From: Candidatus Zixiibacteriota bacterium
GTDB lineage: Bacteria > Zixibacteria > MSB-5A5 > WJJR01 > JAJRUJ01
Assembly: GCA_024277855.1 (NCBI GenBank)
Contig: JAJRUJ010000024.1
Location: forward strand, 17,568 to 81,567
Length of the DNA: 64,000 bases
Direction of reading: 5' to 3'
The notes below the pieces were generated by a model. The model saw only the letters and a list, made by a program, of their open reading frames with translations. It was not told where the DNA came from and ran no database searches. The position numbers were made by a program, and so were the translations under genes. Each line of letters starts with the position of its first letter. Within the stretch, counting starts at the first letter, position 1. Below are positions 18,842 to 28,137 of this stretch, piece by piece.

Positions 18842-20557
18842 TCAGCCGGTTACCGAGGCAATTGCCTCAATAAGCAGATCGCCAAGTGTTTCCATTGTTA
18901 CCCGGGGATCATCGTCTAATTCTATCTGCAGGACCGGGCGGTCACGATGAACCAACGCCTGGGCATCGCCCAACGCCTGGGCGGTGATCAGGCGGCCAAA
19001 ACTATAGGGACGTCCCGGAATGGCAATATCCCGATCGTCCGGTATTTGTGCGGTAATCACAATAAAATGTCCGCGCGCCGGGCCGCCCTTGTACAACTGG
19101 CCGATTGAATGTAAGAAACGCGGCCCCCAACCCCGTAGAGCCGCCACGCCCAGGCGGTCACGGAAGGCCAATCGCATTCTGGTTAACTGTTCTTCTAATT
19201 GTTGAGCGGAAGCCAGGTAGGCCAGCAGGGCGACATAATCTCCCGGCTTAATCTTTTTACACCATTCAGCGAGAATCGTGGGCAGGTCGATAGTTTGCCC
19301 GGCAAACTCATCGGGTGCGCGAACCGAAAGTCGCGCGGCCTCGGCGACCTTCGGCCAAATTGGCAACTGACCGGATTCCGCAAATTCCTCCAGCAGACGA
19401 CCGGTGTTATTTTTGCTTTCGGTCACATTCGGTTCGTCGAATGGATTGACCCCCAACAGGCATCCCGCCGCGGCCGTGGCCCATTCCCATTGCAAAAATG
19501 CTCCCCCCAGCGCGGGCCGGTCGGCATAAACGATCTCGACTGCCGGAAAACCTGCCGCCGCAAATTCAGCTGTCGTCGCTGACATTTCGGGCTCATCGGC
19601 AAACCGGGTGAAGACAAACGCGCGGTCGGCGGCATAGTGCGCGGGCGTTCCGGCCGGTTCTCCCTCAATTGGAAAAATTCCCCGACCGCCTTTGCCGGTG
19701 CTCTCGGCTAACAATTGTTCGACCCAGGGGATCAGGGGCGCGGTTCCCGGTGAGGGAAGGAACGTAATCTTGTCCCGTCCCAAATCGGCGCAGGCAACAA
19801 GAAATGCGCCAAGCTCTCCCGCCGGGCCGCTGGCTTGCTCCTGCTGTTGGACGGTTTCCGCTGCGGTCAATAAATCTTCCAGGGGAATGCCGAGTAAAGC
19901 GGCCGGCGCCAGGCCGAAATACGAAATCGCGGAAAACCGTCCGCCGATATCGGCCGGGTTTAGAAACACCCCACGGAAATTCGCCTCGCGGCCCCATTGT
20001 TCCAACGATGAACCTTCATCGGTAATCGCCAAAAAATGCGCACCGGGATTGTCGGTTGCCTGCTTTTGACGCTCAAAGAAAAAGTCGGCATGTGAGCGTG
20101 TTTCCACCGTGCCGCCGGACTTGCTCGCGACAATAACCAGAGTCCGTGCCGGGTCGGTTATTGCCGTTGCGTTGCGCACGGCCTCCGGCGAGGTCGAGTC
20201 GAGGACAATATAGGTTTGCAGATAGTCGGGCAGACCGAAGACCCGGCCCAGCACTTCCGGACACAAACTCGAACCGCCCATCCCCACCAGGACGACCTGA
20301 TCGAGTCCCGATTTTCGCACGTCATCGGTCAGGGACTCCAGCGCGGGCAGCGCCTCTCTCATCGTTTTGAACGACTCCAGCCAGCCCAGACGGTTGACGA
20401 TTGCGCCGCGTGTTTTGATCTCGTCACTGAATAACGACGGATCATGCTGGCTCAACCGACGGGCAAAACCGAGTTTATTGAGTCTTGTCCCGGCAACGGT
20501 AAACGCCTCTGCTGCCGAGGCCGGATAATAATTAATCGAAACGGGTGTATCGCTCAT
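18842..20557 (-). CDS. pgi: Glucose-6-phosphate isomerase (PGI family, long form)
   Basis: SIS/PGI motifs VVLVGMGGSSLCPEVL, ASKSGGTVETRSH, DIGGRFSAISYFGLAPAALLG. Confidence 0.8.
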   Translation of the reverse strand: MSDTPVSINYYPASAAEAFTVAGTRLNKLGFARRLSQHDPSLFSDEIKTRGAIVNRLGWLESFKTMREALPALESLTDDVRKSGLDQVVLVGMGGSSLCPEVLGRVFGLPDYLQTYIVLDSTSPEAVRNATAITDPARTLVIVASKSGGTVETRSHADFFFERQKQATDNPGAHFLAITDEGSSLEQWGREANFRGVFLNPADIGGRFSAISYFGLAPAALLGIPLEDLLTAAETVQQQEQASGPAGELGAFLVACADLGRDKITFLPSPGTAPLIPWVEQLLAESTGKGGRGIFPIEGEPAGTPAHYAADRAFVFTRFADEPEMSATTAEFAAAGFPAVEIVYADRPALGGAFLQWEWATAAAGCLLGVNPFDEPNVTESKNNTGRLLEEFAESGQLPIWPKVAEAARLSVRAPDEFAGQTIDLPTILAEWCKKIKPGDYVALLAYLASAQQLEEQLTRMRLAFRDRLGVAALRGWGPRFLHSIGQLYKGGPARGHFIVITAQIPDDRDIAIPGRPYSFGRLITAQALGDAQALVHRDRPVLQIELDDDPRVTMETLGDLLIEAIASVTG

Positions 20558-20710
20558 CTCCCGGACCCTACCAACCGCCGGTACTCGACGGGATACTGCC
20601 TCAATGCAGTATATTCAAGACAACAGGAGTGGACGCCGGAGGCAAGGGGTTTTTCGCGGCAGGAGGTCTGTCGGGAGATTTCTTCGCACGAGTGAGAAGG
20701 AATTACATGC

Positions 20711-21613
20711 CTATTTCACACAGCGGAAACCGAGATCGTCGGCGATTGTCGTCGGCTTAAATTTCCCCCGGTAGATCGACGAAAGTGTCGGCCCCCAGGA
20801 GCGGAACGATCCGCCACGGACGACTTTGTATTCCCCGTGTTCCGGCCCGGCCGGATCGGAACCGGCAATCTTGCTATACGCATCGGCGGCATACCAGTCG
20901 GCCGTCCATTCCCAGACATTTCCGGCCATGCCGTAAATGCCACTTGCTGTTTTCCCCGAAACAAAAGCGTCGACCGGAGCGGTAAACCGATAGCCGTCCG
21001 ATGAATCAGGCAGGCTCCGGTCGTCGAGATTTTGCCCGTGATTGGCCTTTGCTCCCGCCCATCGATCTCCCCAGGGAAACCGCAGACCGGTTGTCCCGCG
21101 CGCCGCCTTTTCCCACTGCGCCTCGGTGGGGAGATGTTTGCCGGCCCAGAGGGCATAGGCGGTGGCATCATACCAATTCACAAAAACCACCGGGTAGTTC
21201 TCCCGCCCGGGCACGACGGTATACCCCGTTTTCGCTTTGACAATTCCACAGGTGCGGGGGTCGGCCATTTCCGGATGATAATGCTTGGCGAAATCACCGG
21301 CATTGAGAAAACCGGCGTATTGGGCGATAGTCACCGGATAGATCCCGATCCGATACGACGACAGGCGCACCGGTTTTTTGCGAAGGGCATCATCAAATAT
21401 GGTGATGTCGATCACATCTTCACCGAATGTTCGTTCGAGAACGGTGATAAAATTATATTGACCTTGATCGGGAACGCCCAGGATAAACGGGCCCCGGGGA
21501 ATGAAAACCGTCGAAGCGGTGGGGTCGTCTTTTGCCGCCGCCGAAGTCAACGCGGCAAACACAATAAAAACAGCGATAAATACTACCGAAGAAATCCGCG
21601 CCTGCACGCCCAT
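20711..21613 (-). CDS. Formylglycine-generating-enzyme (FGE-sulfatase/SUMF1) domain protein, secreted
   Basis: Hallmark GNVWEWTADWY and RGGSF(R)SW. Signal peptide from the internal Met (MGVQARISSVVFIAVFIVFAAL). Confidence 0.75.
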   Translation of the reverse strand: MGVQARISSVVFIAVFIVFAALTSAAAKDDPTASTVFIPRGPFILGVPDQGQYNFITVLERTFGEDVIDITIFDDALRKKPVRLSSYRIGIYPVTIAQYAGFLNAGDFAKHYHPEMADPRTCGIVKAKTGYTVVPGRENYPVVFVNWYDATAYALWAGKHLPTEAQWEKAARGTTGLRFPWGDRWAGAKANHGQNLDDRSLPDSSDGYRFTAPVDAFVSGKTASGIYGMAGNVWEWTADWYAADAYSKIAGSDPAGPEHGEYKVVRGGSFRSWGPTLSSIYRGKFKPTTIADDLGFRCVK

Positions 21614-21683
21614 GCCTGCCACCTCCCGATTCCGATTCGGGTACTCCACTTTCCTTTTGTTCTATCGGACTGATCGGGAGAAA

Positions 21684-23879
21684 TTATAGCTCCTCGTTTT
21701 TTCGCTTGCGGAGACGGCGATTAAGGAACGAAAGCAGCGAGCCAAAAGTCACCAGGAGTACCCCCAACCAGACTAAAAACATCAACGGTTTGCGCGAAAT
21801 TTCCAGGGTCAGCAACGATCGGCCAACCGAGGCCTTTTGTGCCGGATCGGTAATCTCGACTTGCACCGAACGGCTGTCAACAAGGATGCGCACCAATGCA
21901 ATGGTGAGTTCAGTGCCGGGGATTGCCAACGAGGGTGTTGAAACATTTTCGGCCGGACCACTGATATATTCCGGCGTGATCGTAGTCGTATCGCCCGCGC
22001 CGACAATCGTTAAGTCGGCGCCGACTTTAATCTGGCCGGACGCATGATCGCCGGTGACAAACCGGTCAAAAGTAAAGGTCAAACCGCCATACTCTACCGG
22101 TTCACCTTCAGCCAGCGTCAGGATCGTTCCCCGCCCGGCTTCTTCAATCACCCGTATATCCAGCGGCGAAACATACAGATCACTGATCAGTCCTTCGTCA
22201 ACATACGGGGTCCGCATATACGATTGCATGTATTCGGTATAGTACATCTGCGGCCGGGCGTTGATTTTTTCCGTCGCCGATTGCAACTCCACTTCGAGGT
22301 AGCTGTCTTCAACCCGGGGTGTCTCGACCGTCGATTTGTACACGATCTGGTAACCCATTGCGTTTTGTGGCTCGTTGGTGTGCAAACTGACGCGGTCCGA
22401 TGTTCCATAATTCAACGAAGCCACCACCCCCAGAACCATGATGCCGAATCCTAGATGTGATATCGGTCCGCCCAAGGCGCTGAATTTGAATTTAGTTTGC
22501 AGGAACATGGCGTAGATACTGGAACCTATCACCCAGGTGCCAAGAAAAATCAGCGCGAGATCGGAAAGTTGCAAGTTGACAAACAGCGTCGTGGTAATGG
22601 CGATGACCGCTGCCGCAACACCGGGCCAGGTCGCGCGTTTGATCAGCTCGTTGCCCGATGTGCCGCCGAAGAGAGTAAATGGCATGACGACCAACAAAGC
22701 CAGCAACGCAATCCCGGCCGGGATGATTATTGCATGATAATACGACAGCGCCACATTTGCCGGCTCGCCAAACATCCTGGTCAACAGCGGCGCCGAGGTG
22801 CCGAGAAAGACCAAAAACGCAAGAACCAAAAATAACAGCGAACCGACGGCCAGCCCAAACTCCCGGGAGGTCGGGCTGGCGTTTAATCGTTCGGCTTTGA
22901 TTGACCGGGCGCGAAACAGTAGTATGCCGTAGGCGACCGTCCCCAACAAAATCATAAAGCCAACGAGATAGGCGTTAATCCCCAAATCGGTGAATGAATG
23001 TACCGAGAAATCGGCGAGTACCCCGGAGCGGGTCAGAAATGTTCCATAGATCACTAAAAACAGCGCCAGGATAGCCATGAAAATGTTGGTCTTAATCAAT
23101 TTATTTCCGCGTCGCTGAACCAGCAAACCGTGAATCAAAGCCAGACTGACCAGCCAGGGAATCAGCGATGAATTCTCTACCGGGTCCCAGCCCCAATACC
23201 CGCCCCAACCGAGTGTTTTATAGGCCCAATAACCACCGAGAAAAATCCCGAGACCAAGAGTCAGTACCACTAATGACGCCCAGGGGAGCACTTGCCGGGG
23301 GAAAAATGTGTACTCTTTGCGGATCAGTGCCGCCATCGCATAAGCAAATGGTATCGCCAGCGCCGCGAAACCGACAAAAACAATCGGGGGATGAATCGTC
23401 ATCCAGGGGTTCTGTAATAGCGGATTCAATCCCCGACCGTCGGTAACTTCAAAGCCGGTCGGCGCAAATGGTGAGCGAACCACCAAAACCACCAGTAAGA
23501 ACAATTGGACACCGAGAAAAAACACCATGGCCCAGCGCTCGGACTCTTGCCCTTTGGCCATGATCGTAAAGCCCAGCAACGCGCCCAAAAAAAGCCACAA
23601 CAGGAACGTACCTTCCTGTCCGCCCCAGAATGACGAGACGGTATATTTCAGCGGCAGGTCGAGTGATGAATAGGCGAAAACATACTGGAATTCAAAACGG
23701 TGGGTCAAAAACAAGTACATCAAATAAACCGACGCGACGGTTACCAGCGCGGCCATAATGCCGTAAAAAATCCGCGCTATTTTTATCCCTGATGGTCGGT
23801 CGCCGATGGTGGCATACATCAATAATGAAACCGTCGCGGTCACTCCCGCCAAGACAATCAAACTGGGCCCAAATACCAC
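21684..23879 (-). CDS. Cytochrome c-type biogenesis heme lyase, CcmF/NrfE family (WWD domain)
   Basis: WGGYWGWDPVENSSLIPW (WWD motif) and FWGGQEGTFLLW. Polytopic 731 aa. GTG start with AAGGAG ribosome-binding site. Confidence 0.75.
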   Translation of the reverse strand: MVFGPSLIVLAGVTATVSLLMYATIGDRPSGIKIARIFYGIMAALVTVASVYLMYLFLTHRFEFQYVFAYSSLDLPLKYTVSSFWGGQEGTFLLWLFLGALLGFTIMAKGQESERWAMVFFLGVQLFLLVVLVVRSPFAPTGFEVTDGRGLNPLLQNPWMTIHPPIVFVGFAALAIPFAYAMAALIRKEYTFFPRQVLPWASLVVLTLGLGIFLGGYWAYKTLGWGGYWGWDPVENSSLIPWLVSLALIHGLLVQRRGNKLIKTNIFMAILALFLVIYGTFLTRSGVLADFSVHSFTDLGINAYLVGFMILLGTVAYGILLFRARSIKAERLNASPTSREFGLAVGSLLFLVLAFLVFLGTSAPLLTRMFGEPANVALSYYHAIIIPAGIALLALLVVMPFTLFGGTSGNELIKRATWPGVAAAVIAITTTLFVNLQLSDLALIFLGTWVIGSSIYAMFLQTKFKFSALGGPISHLGFGIMVLGVVASLNYGTSDRVSLHTNEPQNAMGYQIVYKSTVETPRVEDSYLEVELQSATEKINARPQMYYTEYMQSYMRTPYVDEGLISDLYVSPLDIRVIEEAGRGTILTLAEGEPVEYGGLTFTFDRFVTGDHASGQIKVGADLTIVGAGDTTTITPEYISGPAENVSTPSLAIPGTELTIALVRILVDSRSVQVEITDPAQKASVGRSLLTLEISRKPLMFLVWLGVLLVTFGSLLSFLNRRLRKRKNEEL

Positions 23880-24560
23880 TACTGTGCTCCTTTATCGAGA
23901 CAACGCTACCCGCCGCATCATTTCGTCAATGGCGACAGTGAAATTATACGCCCGGCGAGCCAAAACATAGAAAAAAGACCGATAAAGTCCATGAATAATT
24001 GACACTATTTGACAATGCTTGCCTCCCGGCTTTTCTCTGGTACGTATTCGGCGTGGTTTTTTCGGACGACCTTACTTAAGTTATTGATTATCAAAATAAG
24101 TTTGCCCCGACACCGGAATACATCTTGCGTGGTCGCGGCATAACTTCCGCAGGGGTCAACACTTATATAATCTTAAGGCATAAGCTTTCCCTTCTGGTAG
24201 ATATGTTGAAAGTAGGACTCCCCGGCAAATCGTGGTCAGGAGATTTTGATAAAACGATCGAAGTATACGGAAACACAGATTATCGGGACATTGAAAGAGG
24301 CGGATAGCAGGGCAAAAACAGTTCCCGAGTTCGCCTTTAATTTATGAATCTCGCTCAACTTAAATATGTTCCCATTTTTCAGGTATCGTTCGGGGTTCCG
24401 AGGAATATTCAGCTGTTTTGCACCGGGTTTAGATACTCAACCTGGGGTCGTTTTTTGACAACTGAGCAGCAATAAACGAATCTAATCAGTCCGTGACACA
24501 ACATCACGACACCGGGCGCGTATTATAGCAACCAGATAATGCTGGAAGGTATAATGGTAA

Positions 24561-25802
24561 ATGGACCGGTGGAATACGTCGGCCGGTCAAACGTCGCAGC
24601 CAAAGATGAAACAATATTTACCGCTGATATTTGCTTCGGTACTCATCCTGATTTTCGGCTTGATCGAAGTCATCTTGATTCGATTTCTCCAGCGCGATTG
24701 GTGGCGTAAACGCTGGATCAAACTTGCGGCAATCTGCCTGCCGCTGGTCGGGGTAATCTGTATCGTCCTCTGGGGATATGGCACCTATAGCACCGTGAGC
24801 TGGGCACGGGCGGTCGGCGCGACGGGGACTTCGCTGGCGCTGATTTGTTTGACTGCCCTGATGTTCTCGCTGCCTTTTTCCGGAATTATCAGTCTTGTCG
24901 GACGGCTGATCGACCGCCTGCAGAAGAAAAGACCCGGCGGCGGGACCAGGCCGGTCGACCATAAACGGCGGGTTTTTCTGAAAGGCACCGCGGTGGCACT
25001 ACCGGCGATTTCGCTGAGTGCCGGGGTTTCCGGCGTCGCCCACGGTTTCCAGCCGGCGGTTATACCAACAATCCCAATGACCTATCCCGATCTTCCATCG
25101 GAATTGGCCGGACTAAAAATCCTGCATATTTCGGATTTCCATCTGGGATTATTTAAAGACCTCCCCGACCTGGAATATGTGCTGGGTGTGGCCAAAGACG
25201 AGACGCCCGATCTGATCCTGGTTACCGGCGACCTTTCCGATCATCTGAATATATTGCCCGATGTGCTGAAGATGATCGACCAGTTCAATGCCCCGCTGGG
25301 ACATTTTGCCTGCCTGGGAAATCATGAATATTATCGCGGCATTGTGCAGGTACGGCGGGCATTTGACGCCGGGCCGGTGCCGCTACTGGTCGGTAAGCAT
25401 GTGACAATTAACGTGCAAGGTCAGCCGCTGGTGATCGCCGGAGCCGACGATCCCCGCGTGATGGGTGAGGACGATACGACATTTTTGTATACCACGACCA
25501 ATGCGGCAATGGACGGCACACCGTCGGACGGCTTTACGGTCTTGATGAGCCATCGACCGGAGGGGTTGGACGCCGCCGCCGAAATCGGCATCGAGTTGAC
25601 CCTGGCCGGGCATACCCACGGCGGACAGTTCGGCCTGTTCGGGCGCAGTGTGTTCGAGCCAATGCTCCCGCACCGCTACCTCTGGGGCAAGTATGAAAAA
25701 GACAAGTCACAATTATATACGTCGGCCGGGGTCGGCCACTGGTTTCCTTTCCGCCTCGGCTGCCCGCCCGAAGCCCCGATTATTGTCCTCGAAAAGGGTT
25801 GA
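24561..25802 (+). CDS. YkuE-like metallophosphoesterase with N-terminal 4-TM region and an internal twin-arginine-type motif
   Basis: MPP motifs GDLSDH, GNHEY, GHTHGGQ. KRRVFLKGTAVALPAISLSAGVSGVAHG resembles the B. subtilis YkuE Tat signal but sits after about 130 aa of TM helices. Start uncertain (24561 or 24606). Confidence 0.7.
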   Translation: MDRWNTSAGQTSQPKMKQYLPLIFASVLILIFGLIEVILIRFLQRDWWRKRWIKLAAICLPLVGVICIVLWGYGTYSTVSWARAVGATGTSLALICLTALMFSLPFSGIISLVGRLIDRLQKKRPGGGTRPVDHKRRVFLKGTAVALPAISLSAGVSGVAHGFQPAVIPTIPMTYPDLPSELAGLKILHISDFHLGLFKDLPDLEYVLGVAKDETPDLILVTGDLSDHLNILPDVLKMIDQFNAPLGHFACLGNHEYYRGIVQVRRAFDAGPVPLLVGKHVTINVQGQPLVIAGADDPRVMGEDDTTFLYTTTNAAMDGTPSDGFTVLMSHRPEGLDAAAEIGIELTLAGHTHGGQFGLFGRSVFEPMLPHRYLWGKYEKDKSQLYTSAGVGHWFPFRLGCPPEAPIIVLEKG

Positions 25803-25827
25803 TCGACGACATTTTGTCCATTGCCCT

Positions 25828-25863
25828 TAAAATACGACCCGATAATTGTCTGTCGTATTTTCG
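25828..25863 (+). terminator. Putative intrinsic terminator after the metallophosphoesterase gene
   Basis: Stem ATACGAC/GTCGTAT (7-9 bp), 13-nt loop, followed by TTTTCGG. Confidence 0.3.
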
Positions 25864-25922
25864 GTGGCCCGGATCTGTGGTCGTGCCTACATTAGCTTGA
25901 GATATAAAGTTGGAGGAACCGC

Positions 25923-26474
25923 ATGAATCGCAAACAGGCCTGGGAATTGCTGAACGAATACACCAAGAACCCCAATTTGATCAAACATGCCCTCTCGGTC
26001 GAGGCGGCGATGAAGGCCTATGCCGAGAAATTCGGCGAGGATGTCGAAACCTGGCAAGTCGTCGGGCTGTTGCACGATTTCGATTATGAGAAATATCCCA
26101 CCTCCGAGGACCACCCTTATCGCGGCGCGGAAATTTTGCGGGAGCAGGGGGTTGATGAGGCCCTGATCACTGCGATCATGTCACATGCGGAATATACCGG
26201 CGTGCCGCGTGACACTAAGCTGGCCAAGACCCTGTTTGCCGTCGATGAGTTGTGCGGTTTTATCACCGCCGTCGCTCTCGTGCGGCCGGACAAAAAAGTC
26301 GCCTCGGTTAAACCGAAGTCGGTGACAAAGAAACTGAAACAAAAATCATTCGCCGCGCAGGTATCGCGCGAGGATATTACCAAGGGCGCGGAAGAACTCG
26401 GGGTCGAGTTGACTGAACATATTCAGTTTGTAGTCGATGCGCTGGCCGGGATTGCCGATGAACTCGGGTTGTAA
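25923..26474 (+). CDS. HD-domain phosphohydrolase (HDIG-like)
   Basis: HALSVEAAMKAYA...GLLHDFDYEKYP...H...: H..HD metal-binding pattern. GGAGG ribosome-binding site. Confidence 0.7.
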   Translation: MNRKQAWELLNEYTKNPNLIKHALSVEAAMKAYAEKFGEDVETWQVVGLLHDFDYEKYPTSEDHPYRGAEILREQGVDEALITAIMSHAEYTGVPRDTKLAKTLFAVDELCGFITAVALVRPDKKVASVKPKSVTKKLKQKSFAAQVSREDITKGAEELGVELTEHIQFVVDALAGIADELGL

Positions 26475-26481
26475 CTTCAAT

Positions 26482-27519
26482 ATGTCGAAAAGCGAAAAAA
26501 TCACGATCACCGTCGAAAAGGAGCAGGCGGGGAAACGGCTGGACATTTATGTTGCCGAAAAGGTCGCAAACTATTCGCGATCCCAGATCAGCCGTTATCT
26601 CAAGGAGGGATGCCTCTCGGTCAACGGCGGCGACGCCAAGGCCCGCTACAAAGTGCGCTCGGGCGATCTTATCGAAATTGATCTGCCGACGCCCCCACCG
26701 ACCACGGTCAAGGCCGAAAATATCCCCCTCGATATCGTCTATGAAGACGACCAGGTAATTGTGATCAACAAACCGGCCGGAATGGTCACCCATCCGGGCC
26801 ACGGGAACCGTACCGGAACATTGGTAAATGCTCTGCTCTATCATTGTAAAGAACTCTCATCTACCGGCGGCCCCGAACGCGCCGGAATTGTACACCGGCT
26901 GGATAAGGGAACCAGTGGCTTGTTGGTTGCCGCCAAAACGGAAACCGCCCATCGTCATCTGGCCAACCAATTGCAGGATAAGTCGTTATTCCGGGAATAC
27001 ATCGCGTTCGCCTGGGGTCATCTCAAGGAGAGTACGGGGGTTTGGGACCTGCCCATCGGCCGGTCGATTTCAAACCCGACCCGGATGCGGGTCGACCACG
27101 GCGCCGGGCGGGAAGCGCAAACTGCATATGAATTGGTTGTGCGTTATGATCTGTGCGACAAACTGCGGTTGCGGCTGAAAACCGGCCGGACTCATCAGAT
27201 CAGGGTTCATCTCTCCCATTTCAACCATCCGATCTTCGGCGACCCCGACTATAGTGGACGGGAAAACCGGGTTCGGGGGATTGCCCCCGAGCTGCGTCCT
27301 GCGGCCAAAAAACTCCTGAAAATTATTAATCGACCGGCCCTCCATGCCGCCCGACTGGGCTTTGTCCATCCCCAGTCCGGCAAACGACTGGAACTGAGCG
27401 CCGAGATGCCTGCGGACATGCAACAACTGGAAACCGCATTGGTCGATCCGGCGGGGAAAAAGGACTACCCGCCGGACGGTTTTTCTCCGGATACCGCGTA
27501 TAATTTCTTGCGGGAATAG
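26482..27519 (+). CDS. rluD: 23S rRNA pseudouridine synthase, RluA/RluD family (S4 domain + catalytic domain)
   Basis: S4-like N-terminus and the catalytic motif HRLDKGTSGLLVAAKT. Start ATG 26482 inside track frame 26437..27519. Confidence 0.85.
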   Translation: MSKSEKITITVEKEQAGKRLDIYVAEKVANYSRSQISRYLKEGCLSVNGGDAKARYKVRSGDLIEIDLPTPPPTTVKAENIPLDIVYEDDQVIVINKPAGMVTHPGHGNRTGTLVNALLYHCKELSSTGGPERAGIVHRLDKGTSGLLVAAKTETAHRHLANQLQDKSLFREYIAFAWGHLKESTGVWDLPIGRSISNPTRMRVDHGAGREAQTAYELVVRYDLCDKLRLRLKTGRTHQIRVHLSHFNHPIFGDPDYSGRENRVRGIAPELRPAAKKLLKIINRPALHAARLGFVHPQSGKRLELSAEMPADMQQLETALVDPAGKKDYPPDGFSPDTAYNFLRE

Positions 27520-27664
27520 ACAATAGAGCAACAGAGTGTATCAGGGCGCCCCGGCTTCCGGATGCCATATTACCTTATTGACGGCATTGTCAGCAGTTGT
27601 TCTTGACAGTTGGCAAAATCCGAAGTCCGATCCCATTCCCTATGCTTCATGAGCCAAAATTCGC

Positions 27665-27693
27665 TTGACTTTACCTTGTGAAAACAATAGTTA
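27665..27693 (+). promoter_or_regulatory. Candidate sigma-70-type promoter for the nuo cluster (TTGACT-17 nt-TAGTTA)
   Basis: Hexamers read directly from sequence about 35-60 nt upstream of the nuoA start. Untested. Confidence 0.25.
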
Positions 27694-27727
27694 GGCCCTT
27701 TCAAACCCCCGTTTGTGTGGGGGGCGG

Positions 27728-28108
27728 ATGTCGGTTATCTTGGGGAGCTTTTTGGTGTCTGAATACGCAGCCGTTGCTGTCTTTCTGCTGGTAGGCACGG
27801 GGATCGTCCTCTTTACTTTTGGCTTGGCCAAAGTTATCCGGCCATCCAATCCCACGCCAATCAAACTGGAAACATATGAATGTGGCGAAACCCCGTATGG
27901 GACCGCCGAGATTCAATATAATGTTCGCTTCTATATCTATGCCTTGCTGTTTGTTATCTTTGACGTCGAGGCGATTTTCCTTTTCCCCTGGGCGCTGGTC
28001 TACCGCAGTCTGGGGCTGTTCGCTTTTGTCGAGATGTTTATTTTCATCGCGATGTTGGTGTTTGGTTTGTTTTACGCCTGGAAAAAGGGCGTACTGAAAT
28101 GGGTTTAA
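27728..28108 (+). CDS. nuoA: NADH-quinone oxidoreductase subunit A
   Basis: ECGETPYG...RFYIYALLFVIFDVEAIFLFPWA is the canonical NuoA/ND3 signature. Confidence 0.85.
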   Translation: MSVILGSFLVSEYAAVAVFLLVGTGIVLFTFGLAKVIRPSNPTPIKLETYECGETPYGTAEIQYNVRFYIYALLFVIFDVEAIFLFPWALVYRSLGLFAFVEMFIFIAMLVFGLFYAWKKGVLKWV

Positions 28109-28137
28109 TGTAGCCGGTTCGCTCGGCAGACGATAAT

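Noticed and set aside
24125-24307. 60-aa ORF in the AT-rich island
   Set aside because: No ribosome-binding site, no recognisable fold, and it sits in a low-GC region where random ORFs of this size are expected. I kept the region as non-coding or a possible sRNA.
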